A DNA stretch of 64,000 bases, from contig NC_057758.1 of NCBI RefSeq assembly GCF_004010195.1, positions 3,251,881 through 3,315,880 on the forward strand, written 5' to 3'. This stretch comes from Chiloscyllium plagiosum. Lineage: Eukaryota. Numbering within the stretch: the first letter of the stretch is position 1; every line of letters starts with the position of its first letter. This document shows, in pieces, positions 27,231-40,028 of this stretch. The notes below the pieces were generated by a model. It had not been told where the DNA came from. It was given only the letters and a program-made list of their open reading frames with translations, and made no database searches. Made by a program: the position numbers and the translations under genes.

Positions 27231-27864
27231 AAAATTAGGGATGATTAATATCGGGAATGAGCTAACACAGCTTTTAGGATGTAATATGCCTTTGGACAGT
27301 CTGTTGTCCATTGAAACTTTCTGCATTTCTTCAGAAATTCCATGATTGAAATTGCCACACTACTGAAGTTTGGTATGAATTTCCGATAAAACCTTCCCAT
27401 CCTAGGAATTGTAGTACTGTTTTTTTTGTCGATGGTATAGGAAACTGCCAAATAACATTTGTTTCAATATTCCTTAGTGCTTTCTGTCCATATGTAGTAA
27501 CATGCACCAGGAACATGACTTGGGCTTTGCAGAATTCACTCTTCACCATACTTATCAACAAGTCTACCTCGCAAAGTTAATCAAATAATTCCAATAAATT
27601 CTGAAAATGATCCTTCCATATATGAATAGAAATTAGCAGGTCATCGGTATGCACCCCCCAATGGAAATTCCAGGAATTACTTCATTGATTAATCTTTGAA
27701 ATGTAGCTGGTGCACGTTTCATACCATGAGGCATCATTTTAAATTGATACAGACCGCATGCTGTTACAAAAACCAAACTTTTCTTCTCTCTTTTAGAAAA
27801 GGTTCCCTGCGTATCGTCTGAGTAAGTCCAACTTAGAAATATAAGTTGTTTTTCCCACCTTATG

Positions 27865-28090
27865 AATTCAAAGTTTGTGCGAAGATTTGTAGCTCGGGTG
27901 CTCGTTGTTGTGGTTCTGTTCGCCGAGCTGGAAGTTTTTGTTGCAAACGTTTCGTCCCCTGGCTAGGCGACATCATCAGTGCTTGGGAGCCTCCTGCGAA
28001 GCGCTTCTTTGATGTTTCCTCCGGTGTTTATAGTGGTCTGTCCCTGCCGCTTCTGGTTGTCAGTTTCAGCTGTCCGCTGTAGTGGTTGGT
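27865..28090 (-). mobile_element. Penelope terminal-repeat fragment (same family as 10094 and 39748)
   Basis: gaagatttgtagctcgggtgctcgttgttgtggttctgttcgccgagctgg... with ctgatga..gaaac on minus. Confidence 0.88.
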
Positions 28091-28420
28091 ACCTTATGAA
28101 TACAATGTTCCAACCGTGGAATCGGATCTGAATCAGACTTTGTAATCATGGACTTTGCGATTGTCCACATATAACCATTGGATACCAATTGGTTTTCGCA
28201 CCATTACTGTAGGTGAACTCCAGTCTGTGCAACTCATTTTAATTTTTTTTGTCTTGGAAAATATAATCAATCGTTTTTTTTTCAATCTGTGACAGTTATA
28301 GAGTGTTAAGACTATTCGGGTATTTCTTATTTGGAACAGCCTTTCCTATAACAACATCATGCATAATTAAATGACTAATTTCCTGTCTATTCCCACGTAT
28401 CTCCCCGTGCAATAGTGAAA

Positions 28421-29068
28421 CTCTAGGGTGTAGGTTTGCTCGCTGAGCTGTAGGTTTGATATCCAGACGTTTCATTACCTGGCTAGGTAACATTATCAGT
28501 GGCGACCTGCAAGTGAAGCGAAGCTGTTGACTCTTGCTTTCTATTTATATGTTTGTCCTGGATGGGGTTCCTGGGGTTTGTGGTGATATCATTTCCTGTT
28601 CGTTTTCTGAGGGGCTGATAGATGCTATCTAGATCTATATGTTTGTTTATGGCGTTGTGGTTGGAGTTCCAGTTACCTGGCTAGGTAACATTATCAGTGG
28701 CGACCTGCAAGTGAAGCGAAGCTGTTGACTCTTGCTTTCTATTTATATGTTTGTCCTGGATGGGGTTCCTGGCGCTTGTGGTGATATCATTTCCTGTTCG
28801 TTTTCTGAGGGGCTGATAGATGCTATCTAGATCTATATATTTGTTTATGGCGTTGTGGTTGGAGTTCCAGGCCTCTAGGACTTCTCTGGCATGTATTTGC
28901 TTAGCCTGTCCCAGGATAGATATGTTGTCCCAGTCGAAATGGTGTTTTCTTTTTCCTCCGTATGTAGGGCTATGAGGGAGAGAGGGTCGTGTCTTTTTGT
29001 GGCTAGCTGGTGTTCGTGTATCCTGGTGGCTAACTTTCTTCCTGTTTGTCCTACGTAGTGTTTGTTTC
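28421..29068 (-). mobile_element. Penelope 3' end with 198-bp tandem direct repeat (28475-28672 and 28673-28870)
   Basis: Contains HHFDWDNISILGQAKQIHAREVLEAWNSN. The two repeat units are nearly identical. Confidence 0.9.
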
Positions 29069-30939
29069 TGACTCACAAATACCTCCTTAATTAATTTATT
29101 CATCCTCTCACCTCATTCTAAAAACGAATTGAAATGGACTGAATGTGGTCGGTTCATTTGGTGTATCTGCAATAGCAAAAAGTAGAAACCGAATTCTTTT
29201 GTCCCAGTCATCTGAATAGTGTTGAGTACAAGCCTTTAACATGGTGCTTCACGTCTGATGCAACCTTCCTCCCTGCTATTCCGGATAGTACGCAGAGGAT
29301 TTGAATTGCTTTATTCCTAAACTCTCCGTAATTTCTCTGACTAATTGTCATGTTACTTCTACACTTCATCTGATTGGAACTTTGTGGATAGTCCGTATCT
29401 CATGAAATATTTGAGCGACTCTTCGACAATCCTTTTAGGTATGATATTATGCAATGTAATGGCCTCAGGAAATCTAGTGAGCACATCTGTATTGATAACA
29501 AATATTGATTCCCACTTTTTGCTGTACGTAGGGATCTTACACAATCAATTAAGACTGTTGTTAACTATTCCTCAAATGGGTAAGACTGCAGGCATGAGTA
29601 TTAAAAACATGCTGGCATTATTACTATTTGTGGCTTTCAAATGTGTGAAATGTCTGGCAAAATCTCAACTGCATTCTTCTGCCATGCGAGCCAGTAGAAA
29701 CGTTTTTGTATTTGAGCTTGAGTTTTCTTTTCCCAAAATGAATTTCTACTGGCAATTCATGCGCCACCCACAACATCTCCGTTCTATAACCGACTGGTAA
29801 TACAACTTGAATTTCTGCCCATTTTTAATATGCCTCAATATCCGATGGCCTCCATTTTCTCAGCAGGCATCATTTTAAGATAGTAACATTCAGGGATACA
29901 CTCAGATTATCTTTTGGTTTACACTTTTTCAGATAATTGACTCAAATTTCCATCCTTCCATTGCTTTAGTAAGTTAAATTCTCTAAGCTAAAGGTATGCA
30001 CTTTGTCATGCACTTGTTCATTTTTGTCTCAACCATTTGATTGAACATGGTTTTTGTCAATTCTATTTCAATATTTTCATCTATATTGTTTAATTTCTCC
30101 TCCTTTCTCAACTGGTGACTTTGAGACCTTTACCACGCAGTCAGGATAACTCCCAGAGTATAATTCCTGCAATACCTCGGTTGCCGAATTTTACACTCGT
30201 GTTTCATAAACGGGAAGCAACACTCCTCCTGTGACCAAGCTGTATAATTACCAAGGACAAATTGTATTTCTGATGTCAAGATTTTTTCCACTACGCCTGC
30301 AATCCACCCTCAGCACACATCGTGGAACATTTTATGTCTCACCGTGAATTCCACATACTGTGACATTTTCTGACAATAATCCTTCTGAGTTACAAACCTC
30401 CGCATCTCTCAACGTGAAATATTAACATGATCCCGTATCTCTTAAAACTGTAACTTATTTGTCTGTTGTGAGTAAACCCTACCTTCGCATATAAATGGTT
30501 TTCGAAGATCTGGCACTTCCTCCTTACCCAATGTAGACGACTTTATTGCAGTGAAAACACCGGAGCTTTTTAACTTCAATTTCCCCGACATGGGTTTCCA
30601 TTTTACTTGGTCGTCAGCTATCTTTAGTATCTTAACCGAGATCTACTGTTCCCTTACCACTTGAGGATTTCTCTTTTCTCCAGTTTCTATCCCTCGCGGA
30701 CTGAAATTTTTGTTGGTAGTCAAAATTTGATGCATGATCCAGCTCATAATCATCTGCCATTTCACCTGCTAATCTTGGCGTTTTAACTCTCTGCTATTCC
30801 ACATGAGTTGCCCTTACCTGAGGAAGTAATTTTTCGAATTCTTCCAAAATAATTATCTAAGAGTGTCATATGGTTGATCTATTACAATGCCCTCGTCCAT
30901 TTTGCAAAATTGATTTGTTTCACCCTTGGAAATTATGTT

Positions 30940-31075
30940 GCTCCCGCAGCACTGACCCTGCCCCATCACACCCATCGACAGTGTAGTGCTCCCTTATCAC
31001 TCACTCTCTGACAGTGCAGCTCTCCATCAAAACTGATCTTCCAACAATACAGTTACCCCACAGCATTGCCACCAC
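30940..31075 (-). repeat. Degenerate ~33-bp minisatellite (cagtactgagggagtgctgcactgtc type)
   Basis: Periodic gacagtg(c/t)agc.ctccc..cagcactga motifs. The same family occurs on plus at 52935-53130. Confidence 0.55.
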
Positions 31076-31102
31076 CCCCCAAGCCCAAAACTTTCTCTGC
31101 AG

Positions 31103-31393
31103 TTACCCTCCAAGTGAGAAACAAGCCACCAATAATACTTTTGGTGAGATCCTTTCCAGAAAAGTATGTTTGGTTGTTACCTCCACGTCTGGAGAAAGAT
31201 GTTATAGCAATTTAACCAGTACCAGAATGATACCTTGCATGGCAGAACTGATGAATGTAGAGATATTTGACTGGTTAGAGCTCGATTCACTGGCGTACAT
31301 ACGAATGATCCAACTGAATCTTATGAAATTTTATTGGGACAGAGCAGAGGACAGGAAGTGTGTGACGAATGACGAACAGTCCAAAACCAGGAG
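31103..31393 (+). pseudogene. Candidate exon, N-terminal region
   Basis: Acceptor ctttctctgcag and donor gag|gtaaat, with a stop-free frame. IFDWLELDSLAYI is weakly like OTOA HVWTDDLSHRVLAYL. Confidence 0.45.
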
Positions 31394-31860
31394 GTAAATG
31401 TCTAAGGTAAATGTCTAGGTATTTGGCACTGAGATAAGGAGAAATATTTTGACTAAGAATGTGGTCACCCTGTGGAATTCTCTGTCAGTGAAAGTGTTGG
31501 AGGCCTATACATTTTTTTATTTGTTAAGAAAAGGTTGAGATCAAAGGGCTTAGGTGAGAGAGTAGGAAAAGGGGATTGAGCTGGATTAATGGCCATGGTC
31601 TAATTGAATCTTGCAACTTCTAGAAGGTTTGAATAGCCTCCTTCTGCCTATAGTTTCATTGTGGACGATATCAATAGAGGTGGGAGATGAATGGCTCTAA
31701 CTGAACGTGATACATTCTTTCAACCTCCAGCCAGTTTCGAGTCTTCAACGGATTTCCACTGATTAGCAATGACTGACGTCACTCTGAGACACACGCTGAA
31801 CTTCCAACAAAGGTGTTCCCTCTCAACTCACCTCCCCAGTGCAATTCTCTTCATTTTCAG

Positions 31861-32580
31861 ACCAGGTTTTCTAATTGCACGTGGACCTGAACGCTCCTTG
31901 CGGATATCATCCGACCACCAATGACTTGTATCTGCATGAGTTGGCCAATGACATTGTGCATCTGTTTGTTAGGAAGGGTGAGCGGCCAAGTGAGAAATGG
32001 GAACTGATCTAAAGTGGTTATCATTTTTCATTCGCTTTATTCTGAACTGGCCCCATGCGATGTATTCCGAGATTATGTCTCTGCCAGTGTTAATGTATAT
32101 GGCACAAGGACTGCATGGAACCAATACATGCGCGAGTTTCAAGTATTAGATTTAGGATGCTGTGACAAAGATTGCAAACTCACAACTGAGAAGATAAATT
32201 GATTTTCATTGTTCAGGTGGTATTTACTGCAGGGGAGGGTTGCGCTCCTCAGCTTCCGAGGTCTGAATATTTCTGTGGTGCTTATTCAGTGGGCCAAACT
32301 GTGCAGCTATAATACAACTAATCATCATTGGCAACAGAAGGCGGTTGTTATCGACAACTGGTCCACAGAAAATCCGGTTATTATTACAAACGAAATCTCT
32401 ACTCATAAATAGCTTTCTGGCTGTAGTTCATTTGCAAACTCCTCTTCTATTAGTACAAAGCAGCACGAGGTTAATTGCTTTCAAAGCATCAAATATTCCA
32501 CTAGCAATCATAAATATTAAAACAGTTATGCAGCCTCCATGATCCTATACCGATGCTTCAATTCTCCGTTCTTCCTTGAA
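31861..32580 (+). pseudogene. Long decayed exon, otoancorin-like
   Basis: Acceptor ttcattttcag. One frame gives CICM..CICLLGRV, DVFRDYVSASVNVYGTRTAWNQ, N*FSLFRWYLLQGRVALLSF..IS..SY and VNCF. Recalled OTOA has CFQM..CVEILGKV, DAFKNLSAVFKDLYDKTSAHSQ, SWVSAEHLWVLGRYMVHLSF..IS..SY and LVCF. Confidence 0.7.
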
Positions 32581-33089
32581 ATAAATATCTTGATTATTCC
32601 GTTTTTTTTTCTGTTGGAAATTTCGTCATATGTCACTTTCTACCTCGTGGCAATCTCAACATCGGTTAAACTGGTAATTATCTTCGACCCAATATTGAGG
32701 CACTATCCTATCGTTAATAGGGAAAATGTTGTGTTCCTGAAGACTCTTCCACTGTATAATATTCACGCTGTTCGGATTTATACTGTCACACACTTCGTAC
32801 ATGTCAATTCTACATTGATTGATTTGTAGCTATTTCTGGTCAGAAGTTGTAAAGGAAAATTCTCACGAAGAAATCAGCAAATGTGACTTTCGCGATTGTG
32901 ATTGCGTTGAGTTTCTTAATGAACGTTGCCTTGCTTTTGAAGTTCACAAGCCTATAGTCCTGACAATGTTCCATGACTTTGTGTTGTTTCAAGTAGCTAT
33001 ATAATTTCTTTGGCATGGACAACAATCGAGCTCCTGCAACATATTTTAACACCATGGGTACGTTTTATTCTGATTCTAGTTCACAGCAC

Positions 33090-33483
33090 TTCTACTAACA
33101 GAAGCATCTCAGTGACCAGCGCAGACTGCAGGATACTTCGGGCTGGCAGCAGTGAGAAGGGTTCCAAAGACCCAGAGATGGAGAATTAAGGAAGTCATTC
33201 AGTTTGTCGTTTGTCATCTCAGGAGGTTTTCCCTTATTATGGAGAATATTGATGCTTTACTCTCTGTGGAGACATGTGTATTTCTTCATCTACAGATCCA
33301 TATGGATGCCTGTTCTTGTCCGTGAAATTGTGCTTCATGGTGCTGCTGCAGAGTTGATGGGCAAAACTTGCATGTATGCCATTACCCGGACTAAGTTCAG
33401 AGAGCTGTGGAAGAAAGTGCTGAACTATCTATTTAATCTCATGTTAAATGAATTGGATAGTGAGAAGAAGCAAAGTATTTTTC
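33090..33483 (+). pseudogene. Two candidate exons (~33090-33190 and 33296-33483)
   Basis: LQDTSGWQQ resembles OTOA LNQVSGWAK, and LNELDSEKKQSIF resembles VSDLSPAQQQGIL. The donor aag|gaagtc is damaged; the acceptor is tctacag. Confidence 0.5.
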
Positions 33484-33704
33484 GTATATGGAATCCGCCG
33501 CCTCATTGTGTGCCTCATTGTTTTTTCACATTACAAAGCAACCGTCATATACCATTAAAATGACGCAGATTTTGTCGGTCTTCAGTTGATTTTGCATCGT
33601 GTTCATTTGTACACATTTGAAGCAATGAGAAGTCAAAATGTGTGAAAACTGTCTCTCTGCAGTATTAGGATTAAAAATATCTTGAAAACAGACCAGTAGT
33701 AGCG

Positions 33705-35340
33705 AGTTCTGAGAAGATTTGTAGCTCAGGTTGAGGTTCTGGATGTAGATTTGCTCGGTGAATTGTAAGGTTCGTGTTCAGACGTTTCATCACTATACTA
33801 GATAACATCTGCAGTGTGCCTCCGAATGAAGCCTCAGGCCTCTCACACCCATAGTCTTGCTATCTGGAAGACCAACTTACAGATTGGCCAAGAAGCTACA
33901 CCTTGGCCTAAAACACTTAGTAGCCGACCCACGCCACTCCATCCAATAATTCCTGAAGACACCAAGATAAAAGACAATGAAATAATGGTCTCCTTTGACG
34001 TAACAGCCCTGTTCAAGTCCAGGAGCATCAACCTGGCCAAGGAAACACTGACTACATTATTAGAACAACCAAAGACACATACACCAAACACCACCACCTT
34101 CATAAGCAAGGACTGTATAGTCAAATTAGTTGGCCTATGCCTTATCAGCCACTTCACCTTCAACAACAAAACTTACAGACAAACCAACAGAATACCCATG
34201 TGATCTCCGACGTCACGGTTCTTAGCAGAGGCAGTAATGCAGAGACTCAACCAAACAGCTTTGCCAACCATCCAACACAAACTTCGGGTCCACTATCTGG
34301 ATGACACCTTTGTCATCACTAAACGAAACAAATTAGAGGAAACCTTCATCACCATCAATAATACCCTCACTGGCATGAAATTCACTAAACGGGAGGAAAA
34401 CAACAACAAATTGCCTTTCCTAGATGTTGCAGTCGAGCGAACTGCCAATTGGGAACTTCAAACCAATGTCTTGCGGAAAACAACACACTACAGAACAAAT
34501 ATTGAACTACAGAAGCAATCACTCCAGCATCCACAAATGATTATGAATTATAGCATTATTTCAACGAGTCACCAGACAATGCAGCACAGAGGAAATACGC
34601 ACAACAGAGGAAAATATCCTATACAGTGTATTCAAAAAGCACACAGTCCGCCGATTTCTGAGCAACAAACCCAGACAAGCAGACAAAATGCGTCCAGAAA
34701 CCCTAGCCACTCTCCCCTACATCAAAGCCATCTCAGAAATGACTGCTAGACTACCCAGGCCCTTTGGCATCATGGCAGCCCACAAACCAACTAACAAACT
34801 GAAACAGCAGCTAATGACCTTAAAAGACCCTGTACTGAAAACAAGCAAAACTAATATCATTTATAAAATACCTTTCAAGGACTGTAACAAACACTACATT
34901 GGACAAACAGGCAGAAAGCTAGCTACAAGGATACATGAACATCAACTAGCCACAAAAATGACGTAACCCACTGTCACTAGAATCCTTACATATTAATGAG
35001 GAAGGACACGAGTTCGACTGGGATAAGACATCCATCCGAGGACAAGTCAAACAGATACATGGACGCGAATTCCTAGAAGCATGGCATTCCAACCGGAAGT
35101 ATATCAACAAACACATTGACTTGGATCCCATTTGCCACCAACTGAGAAAAAGAACCAGAAATGACATCAATATATCACCACCGGAAATGGCATCACCGAC
35201 CCAAGGAAACTCAAACATATAGATAGAAAGCGGGCTACAACACCTGTGCTTCATCCGGAGGCTCACTGGTGATGTAACCTCGTATGGTGATAGAACGTCT
35301 GAAAACGAACCTTCCATCTCAGCGAGCAAACCTACATCGA
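33705..35340 (+). mobile_element. Penelope element (RT and GIY-YIG) with inverted terminal repeat at the 5' end, frameshifted
   Basis: Contains MVSFDVTALF, YLDDTFV, LPFLDV, YIGQTGRKLATRIHEHQ and REFLEAWHS. 33705-33830 is approximately the reverse complement of ~35245-35340. Confidence 0.93.
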
Positions 35341-35690
35341 CAGACCAATAATGATTAAATGTTAACAGTTAATTTGATGGGACAATGAGCAATTGAGTAA
35401 AGTAGAAATGTATATGAGAAGCAGGCAGAATGCGAAAGCAGCTTATTTTGACAGAAGAATGACCGTGTGATACCACTGTACATTGCTGTAGTAATTGTCC
35501 TGCTTTGCCATTACACAGAGCCTGTTTTTACAATGGAATATCCGAGAATTTGATTTGTGACTTGTTGATAGCTCACAATGAATTCTCACCTTCCAACTGT
35601 TGATAATGCGGCATTGAGTGATAGAAACATCATTAAACGCTTATGGGTAGTGATTTGATTCAATTTTATTGGATGCAATTTTCTCTGAAG

Positions 35691-36165
35691 ATGGCATGGC
35701 ACAAAAAAGCCTTTGCCATCCGTCAGACCAAATATCAAATATGTGCAGTTCTTGCTGCATTTGGACATTGAGTCGTTCAGTACCAATGTGCTCATTAAAA
35801 GCTCTGTGGTTCACCAGTGCACTTGTGAAATGAAACCACTCAGGGTTGGATGATGCCAATAAATATTCCCTTCTGCAATGACTGGGAAGACCAACACCGA
35901 ATGATAATTTCCAAGGTGGAAATATTTGCAAACACGTTTAGTAGTGTGACTCGTTTGCCGTGCTATCTCTCTCTGTCGCATTCTGAATGTGGAAGCAGTT
36001 TCCTGGGTTTTTTTGTTTACTTTGCAAATATCTGCTACAATACATTTTATCACAATACTCTCGGAAACTGTTTTATCCCAATTGGCATTCGCAGGATGCT
36101 TCAATATAGAGTTTGTGTGGTGCTCCCTCAATGCAGAACCCACATACTGTGGAACTACCACAGTA
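35691..36165 (+). pseudogene. Two candidate exons (35691-35915 and ~36028-36162)
   Basis: NIKYVQFLLHLDIESF resembles OTOA NVSQMGALLAGVSTQAF. ILSETVLSQLAFAGCFN matches FFKEVSLFDLRRQPGFN with E, L, L and FN in register. Confidence 0.55.
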
Positions 36166-37388
36166 TTGATTCTTTTTACAATGCATCATAAGTTGTTCAA
36201 ATAGGCAGAGACCTGGCGGATGCAGAGAAATGTGAGGCAATGCACTTTGCTGGAAGAAAGATGGAGAGAACAAATATTCTCAAAGTTACAAATTAGAGGG
36301 CAGTACAGCAACAGAGGGACCTCACCGTTCATGGACATGGTTCTATAAAAATGGCCCAGCAATTAGAAACAGTTATTATGACAGATTAAAATATCACTGC
36401 ATTCCTTTTCTCACTGTGTGGATTTTTGTTTTTCTCTCAGAACACATGGCGATCAATTCAACCCTTATTTCTACCTGCTTATGAATGAGATAGAAAATAG
36501 CATCAATTTAACTGAAGGAGTTCGAGGTCGTACTCAAAGTTAAGGCTGCTGACTACATGCTCAGGGGTGTCTTCTGTTCGAATAATCCTGCAATGCAGTC
36601 ATTCAGGAAGAAATTCAGGACCAGAACTCAGAGGTTGATTCCCACCTCAGCCAGTGATGGTGACTGACATGTGGTGAGGCATCCACAAATAACTTTACAG
36701 TAGATGGTAACAAGGTTGTATAATTTCTCTATTCACAACTGGCACAGTCAGTTGCCTGGCCCTTTAGCACACTGAAGGTGGAGGCAATGCCCACCGTAGC
36801 TGTGTGATGATTAAATTTTGAATCTTCTGTTTGTTCATGTAGTAGCCACTGTCGTAGTCCTGCGCCTCACATTTATAATGGACAGTTATCAATGGATGCT
36901 GGTAATAACAATGATTTTGCTATTCATGTTCTGGATGGACACAGAGGGCTTCACTGCAGATAGACTCAAGCAACCATGCATGACGGTAGGAGGTCAGCAT
37001 ATACTGTAATGTGAAATGACAACACACAGAATGCTGGGAAAAAAATCCTAAACTGGTCTGGCAAGTGAAAGAGAAATACGTCACATTTCTAGTTCCATTT
37101 CTGAAGTAACTCTCACGAAAGACAGGTTAGCATGAAACAGTAACGCTGGTTTTATCTCTCTTGATCTCTCTCCATAGATTCTGCCAGAGCTGCCCAGTTT
37201 CTCCATTGGCGTTTGCTTCAGATTTCCAAAATATTCACCATAAATATCCAGCCTTTAGTGTACTGATATATGCAAGGAATGGCCGAAAATGGAATGGATG
37301 GAGAAAGAATGAGGCTGCTATTCCGTAATGCTTGCCTACGTTATTAGGCTTTATTACATCACTGTCTGATATCTCTTCGGTTCACCAG

Positions 37389-37484
37389 CCCCTCTGTACC
37401 TCTGAAATCGGTCGCTACCTGAAAACACTTCTAGACATGGCTACTCCTCAGGATCTGGAGTTCCTGAACATGATGGGAGCTTTC
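37389..37484 (+). pseudogene. Candidate 96-bp exon
   Basis: Boundaries ttcaccag| and ttc|gtgagt. The open frame PLCTSEIGRYLKTLLDMATPQDLEFLNMMGAF is weakly like OTOA LFLYELLLKTTRRPEEL. Confidence 0.5.
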
Positions 37485-37689
37485 GTGAGTGGCTTTGCAT
37501 TCAGCATTCAAATTCCATGCTGAAGTCTTCCCATCGCCGTTCCTGCTGTGCTTCAAACCAAACGCTTTGACATGGCTTTCTGCTCTTGACTCCAATATCT
37601 GAAGATTTATCATTGACTAATCAAATTTATTTTATGTATTTAATATGTGAGCAATAGCAGGACGTTTTATTTTTTCTCTTTCTGTCTAT

Positions 37690-39340
37690 AAGACCGTTAG
37701 AGGCAGAGGGAGAATTAGGTCATTCAGCCAATTGAGTCTGCTCCAGTATTGAAACAGGTCGTGGCTGATCTGATCATCCTTAACTCTATTTCCTTTCGTT
37801 TTCCCAAGATTCTTAGTCCCCTTATTAATTGGACACCTACTTAAATGAACCAGCTGCATAGTTTTCTGCAGTAATGAACGCTGCACTCACCTCTGACAGA
37901 AGAAATCCCTCCACATCTCTCTCCCAAATGAATGGCTTCCGTACTCTAAGATGATACCCTCTAACCCAAACTCTCTTCAAAGGGGAAACAACCTCTGCAC
38001 TTTTACATTGCCAAGTCCAGTAAGAATCTTGTGCGTTTCAATTAAGAGTCACTAAGAGTCTAAACTCCAATGACACCTGGCTGAACACTACTCAACCTCA
38101 TCTCATTTGACAGTCCCTCTCTACCTGGGATCATCCCAAGTGAACCTTCTTTGTTCTGCCTCCATGCCAGTGTCTGGGTGGCATGTACTTCATTGTTACG
38201 TGGATGGACTTTGGTCTCCACATAACGGGCGGTGGAGGAGAGTCAAGTTGAAGGAGAGTGCCCCACACTCCTTCCCCCGTGTAGCTTAGTTCACTCTGAC
38301 TGTTTCGGAAGTAAAGTCCTGTGCATCAATGAAGGGTGCATTCAAGAGCAAGAATAGACGGTTATTAGGATTGACACTGCAGGCAGGACTGCGAGGGGAA
38401 GGTAGGAGAATGATTCTAGGGAGTCGAACTGGGAATGCAGGCACAACTGGCCAATCGGCCTCCATCTATGGCACAACATTCTGTCATTCTAAATATACTC
38501 CTCTCTCTTGACCTATGTCTACCCTTATACTGTGGCAAAGACGACAGAAGCACGACACTTAGAGCGTATACAGAGAATTAGGTTGAATCAACGGGAAGTG
38601 TTCCTTCATCATGAAGTGCTTCCAACACTCGTGAGATCCCACTGGGGAAAGTGACCAGCACGAAATTGTGCTTGCAGCGAAATGCAGTCTCTCTCCGATT
38701 GTGTCACTGCCAATGAGAGGCTAGAACTCGGTTTTCTGCATTGGTGTGATAGAAACTCCTTGCATTCATCGGGATTTCTGTTCTGTTTTCATATCTCATG
38801 GAGAAACTCAAATATTCACACAGCAACAGAAGATGCTCTTCAGCCCATCAGGTCCTTATTCTGAGTTGATGACCATCTGTTCAGATTCTCCCACAAGTGA
38901 AAACAACCTCTCTGCATGTACCTTGTCAAGTCTCCTAAGAGTCTTGCATTTTTCAACAAGGCTACATCTCATTCATCTAACCGTTATTAAGCACAGGCCC
39001 AAACCAACTTAACCTCTCCACTTCTACCCTTTCAAGTCCCTCAGAACCTTTCATGTTTCAATAAAGTGCCATGTTATTTATTAAAACTCCAATGAGTTCA
39101 GGCCCAAACGCAACTACCCTTCATAAGAGTAGACAAACATCCAATCTTGTGATCTGCTTGGTGTCCGTCATGAGGTCAGAAGTGCTGGTGTTCGCCAATG
39201 ATTTTATGATGTTCAGCACCATCCTTGACTCCTCAGTTACTGAAGCAGTTAATATTCAACGCAACAAGATCTGGACAGTACACAGGCTTGAGCTGACAAG
39301 TGGCAAGAAACAATCGCCCTGCACAAATGCCAGGAAATAA
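37690..39340. mobile_element. Mosaic of degraded CR1-group LINE fragments (mostly minus)
   Basis: CR1 3'UTR-like segments at 37690-38170 and 38810-39120. A VFAND RT-like piece is at 39160-39340. Confidence 0.55.
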
Positions 39341-39354
39341 GCTCCTCCAATAAG

Positions 39355-39585
39355 ACAGAAAGTGAGAAATGCAGATGCTGGAAATAAGAGTCAAATAGTG
39401 TTGTGCTGGAAAAAAATAGCATGTCAGACAGCAATCGAAGAACAGAAATGTCGATGTTTCCAGCATAAGTCCTTCTTCAGGAATATGTCATTCGTGATGA
39501 AGGGTTTATCCCTGAACGTCTACGCTCTTACTCCTCTGATGCTGCCTGACCTGCTGTAATTTTCCAGTGCCACACTTCTGACCTT
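39355..39585. mobile_element. Short palindromic Penelope-derived element
   Basis: gaaagtgag..gcagatgctgg..cttcaggaat / gtgatgaaggg..cctgaacgtc..gctgcctgacctgctg form inverted arms. Confidence 0.6.
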
Positions 39586-39747
39586 CAATCAGAGACAGTG
39601 TAAACATTGCTTCTTGAGATTCAATGTTGCACTTTCGATATTATTTGTTAATTTTGCTATTTTGTTGTAAGAAAGACTTTCGTAATGAAATTTTAATTAT
39701 ATTTCCTTACTTTTCTACTTAATATATAAGATGTTGTAATTAGACAA

Positions 39748-40028
39748 CTGTTGTGGTTCTGTTCGCCGAGCTGGAAGTTTTTGTTGCAAACGTTTCGTCC
39801 CCTGGCTAGGCGACATCATCAGTGCTTGGGAGCCTCCTGCGAAGCGCTTCTTTGATGTTTCCTCCGGTGTTTATAGTGGTCTGTCCCTGCCGCTTCCAGT
39901 TGTCAGTTTCAGCTGTCCGCTGTAGTGGTTGGTATATTGGGTCCAGGTCGATGTGTTTGTTGATGGAGTTTGTGGATGAATGCCATGCCTCTAGGAATTC
40001 CCTAGCTGTTCTCTGTCTGGCTTGCCCT
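39748..40028 (-). mobile_element. Penelope 3' end cut by gap
   Basis: Translates to GQARQRTAREFLEAWHSSTNSINKHIDLDPIY. Confidence 0.9.

Larger units (their letters stand above)
27231..30930 (-). mobile_element. Gmr1-like Gypsy internal region, copy B (gag end, protease region, integrase, RT), degraded
   Basis: Contains FYRKFIPNFSSVA and TRFPEAITLHNIIPKRIVEE..FQSD. It parallels 22666-26016 and extends further into gag. Confidence 0.85.

Noticed and set aside
35720..35800. Penelope RT motif (LDIESFSTNV)
   Set aside because: No other RT motifs follow, and the segment sits in a splice-bounded island that fits the pseudogene.
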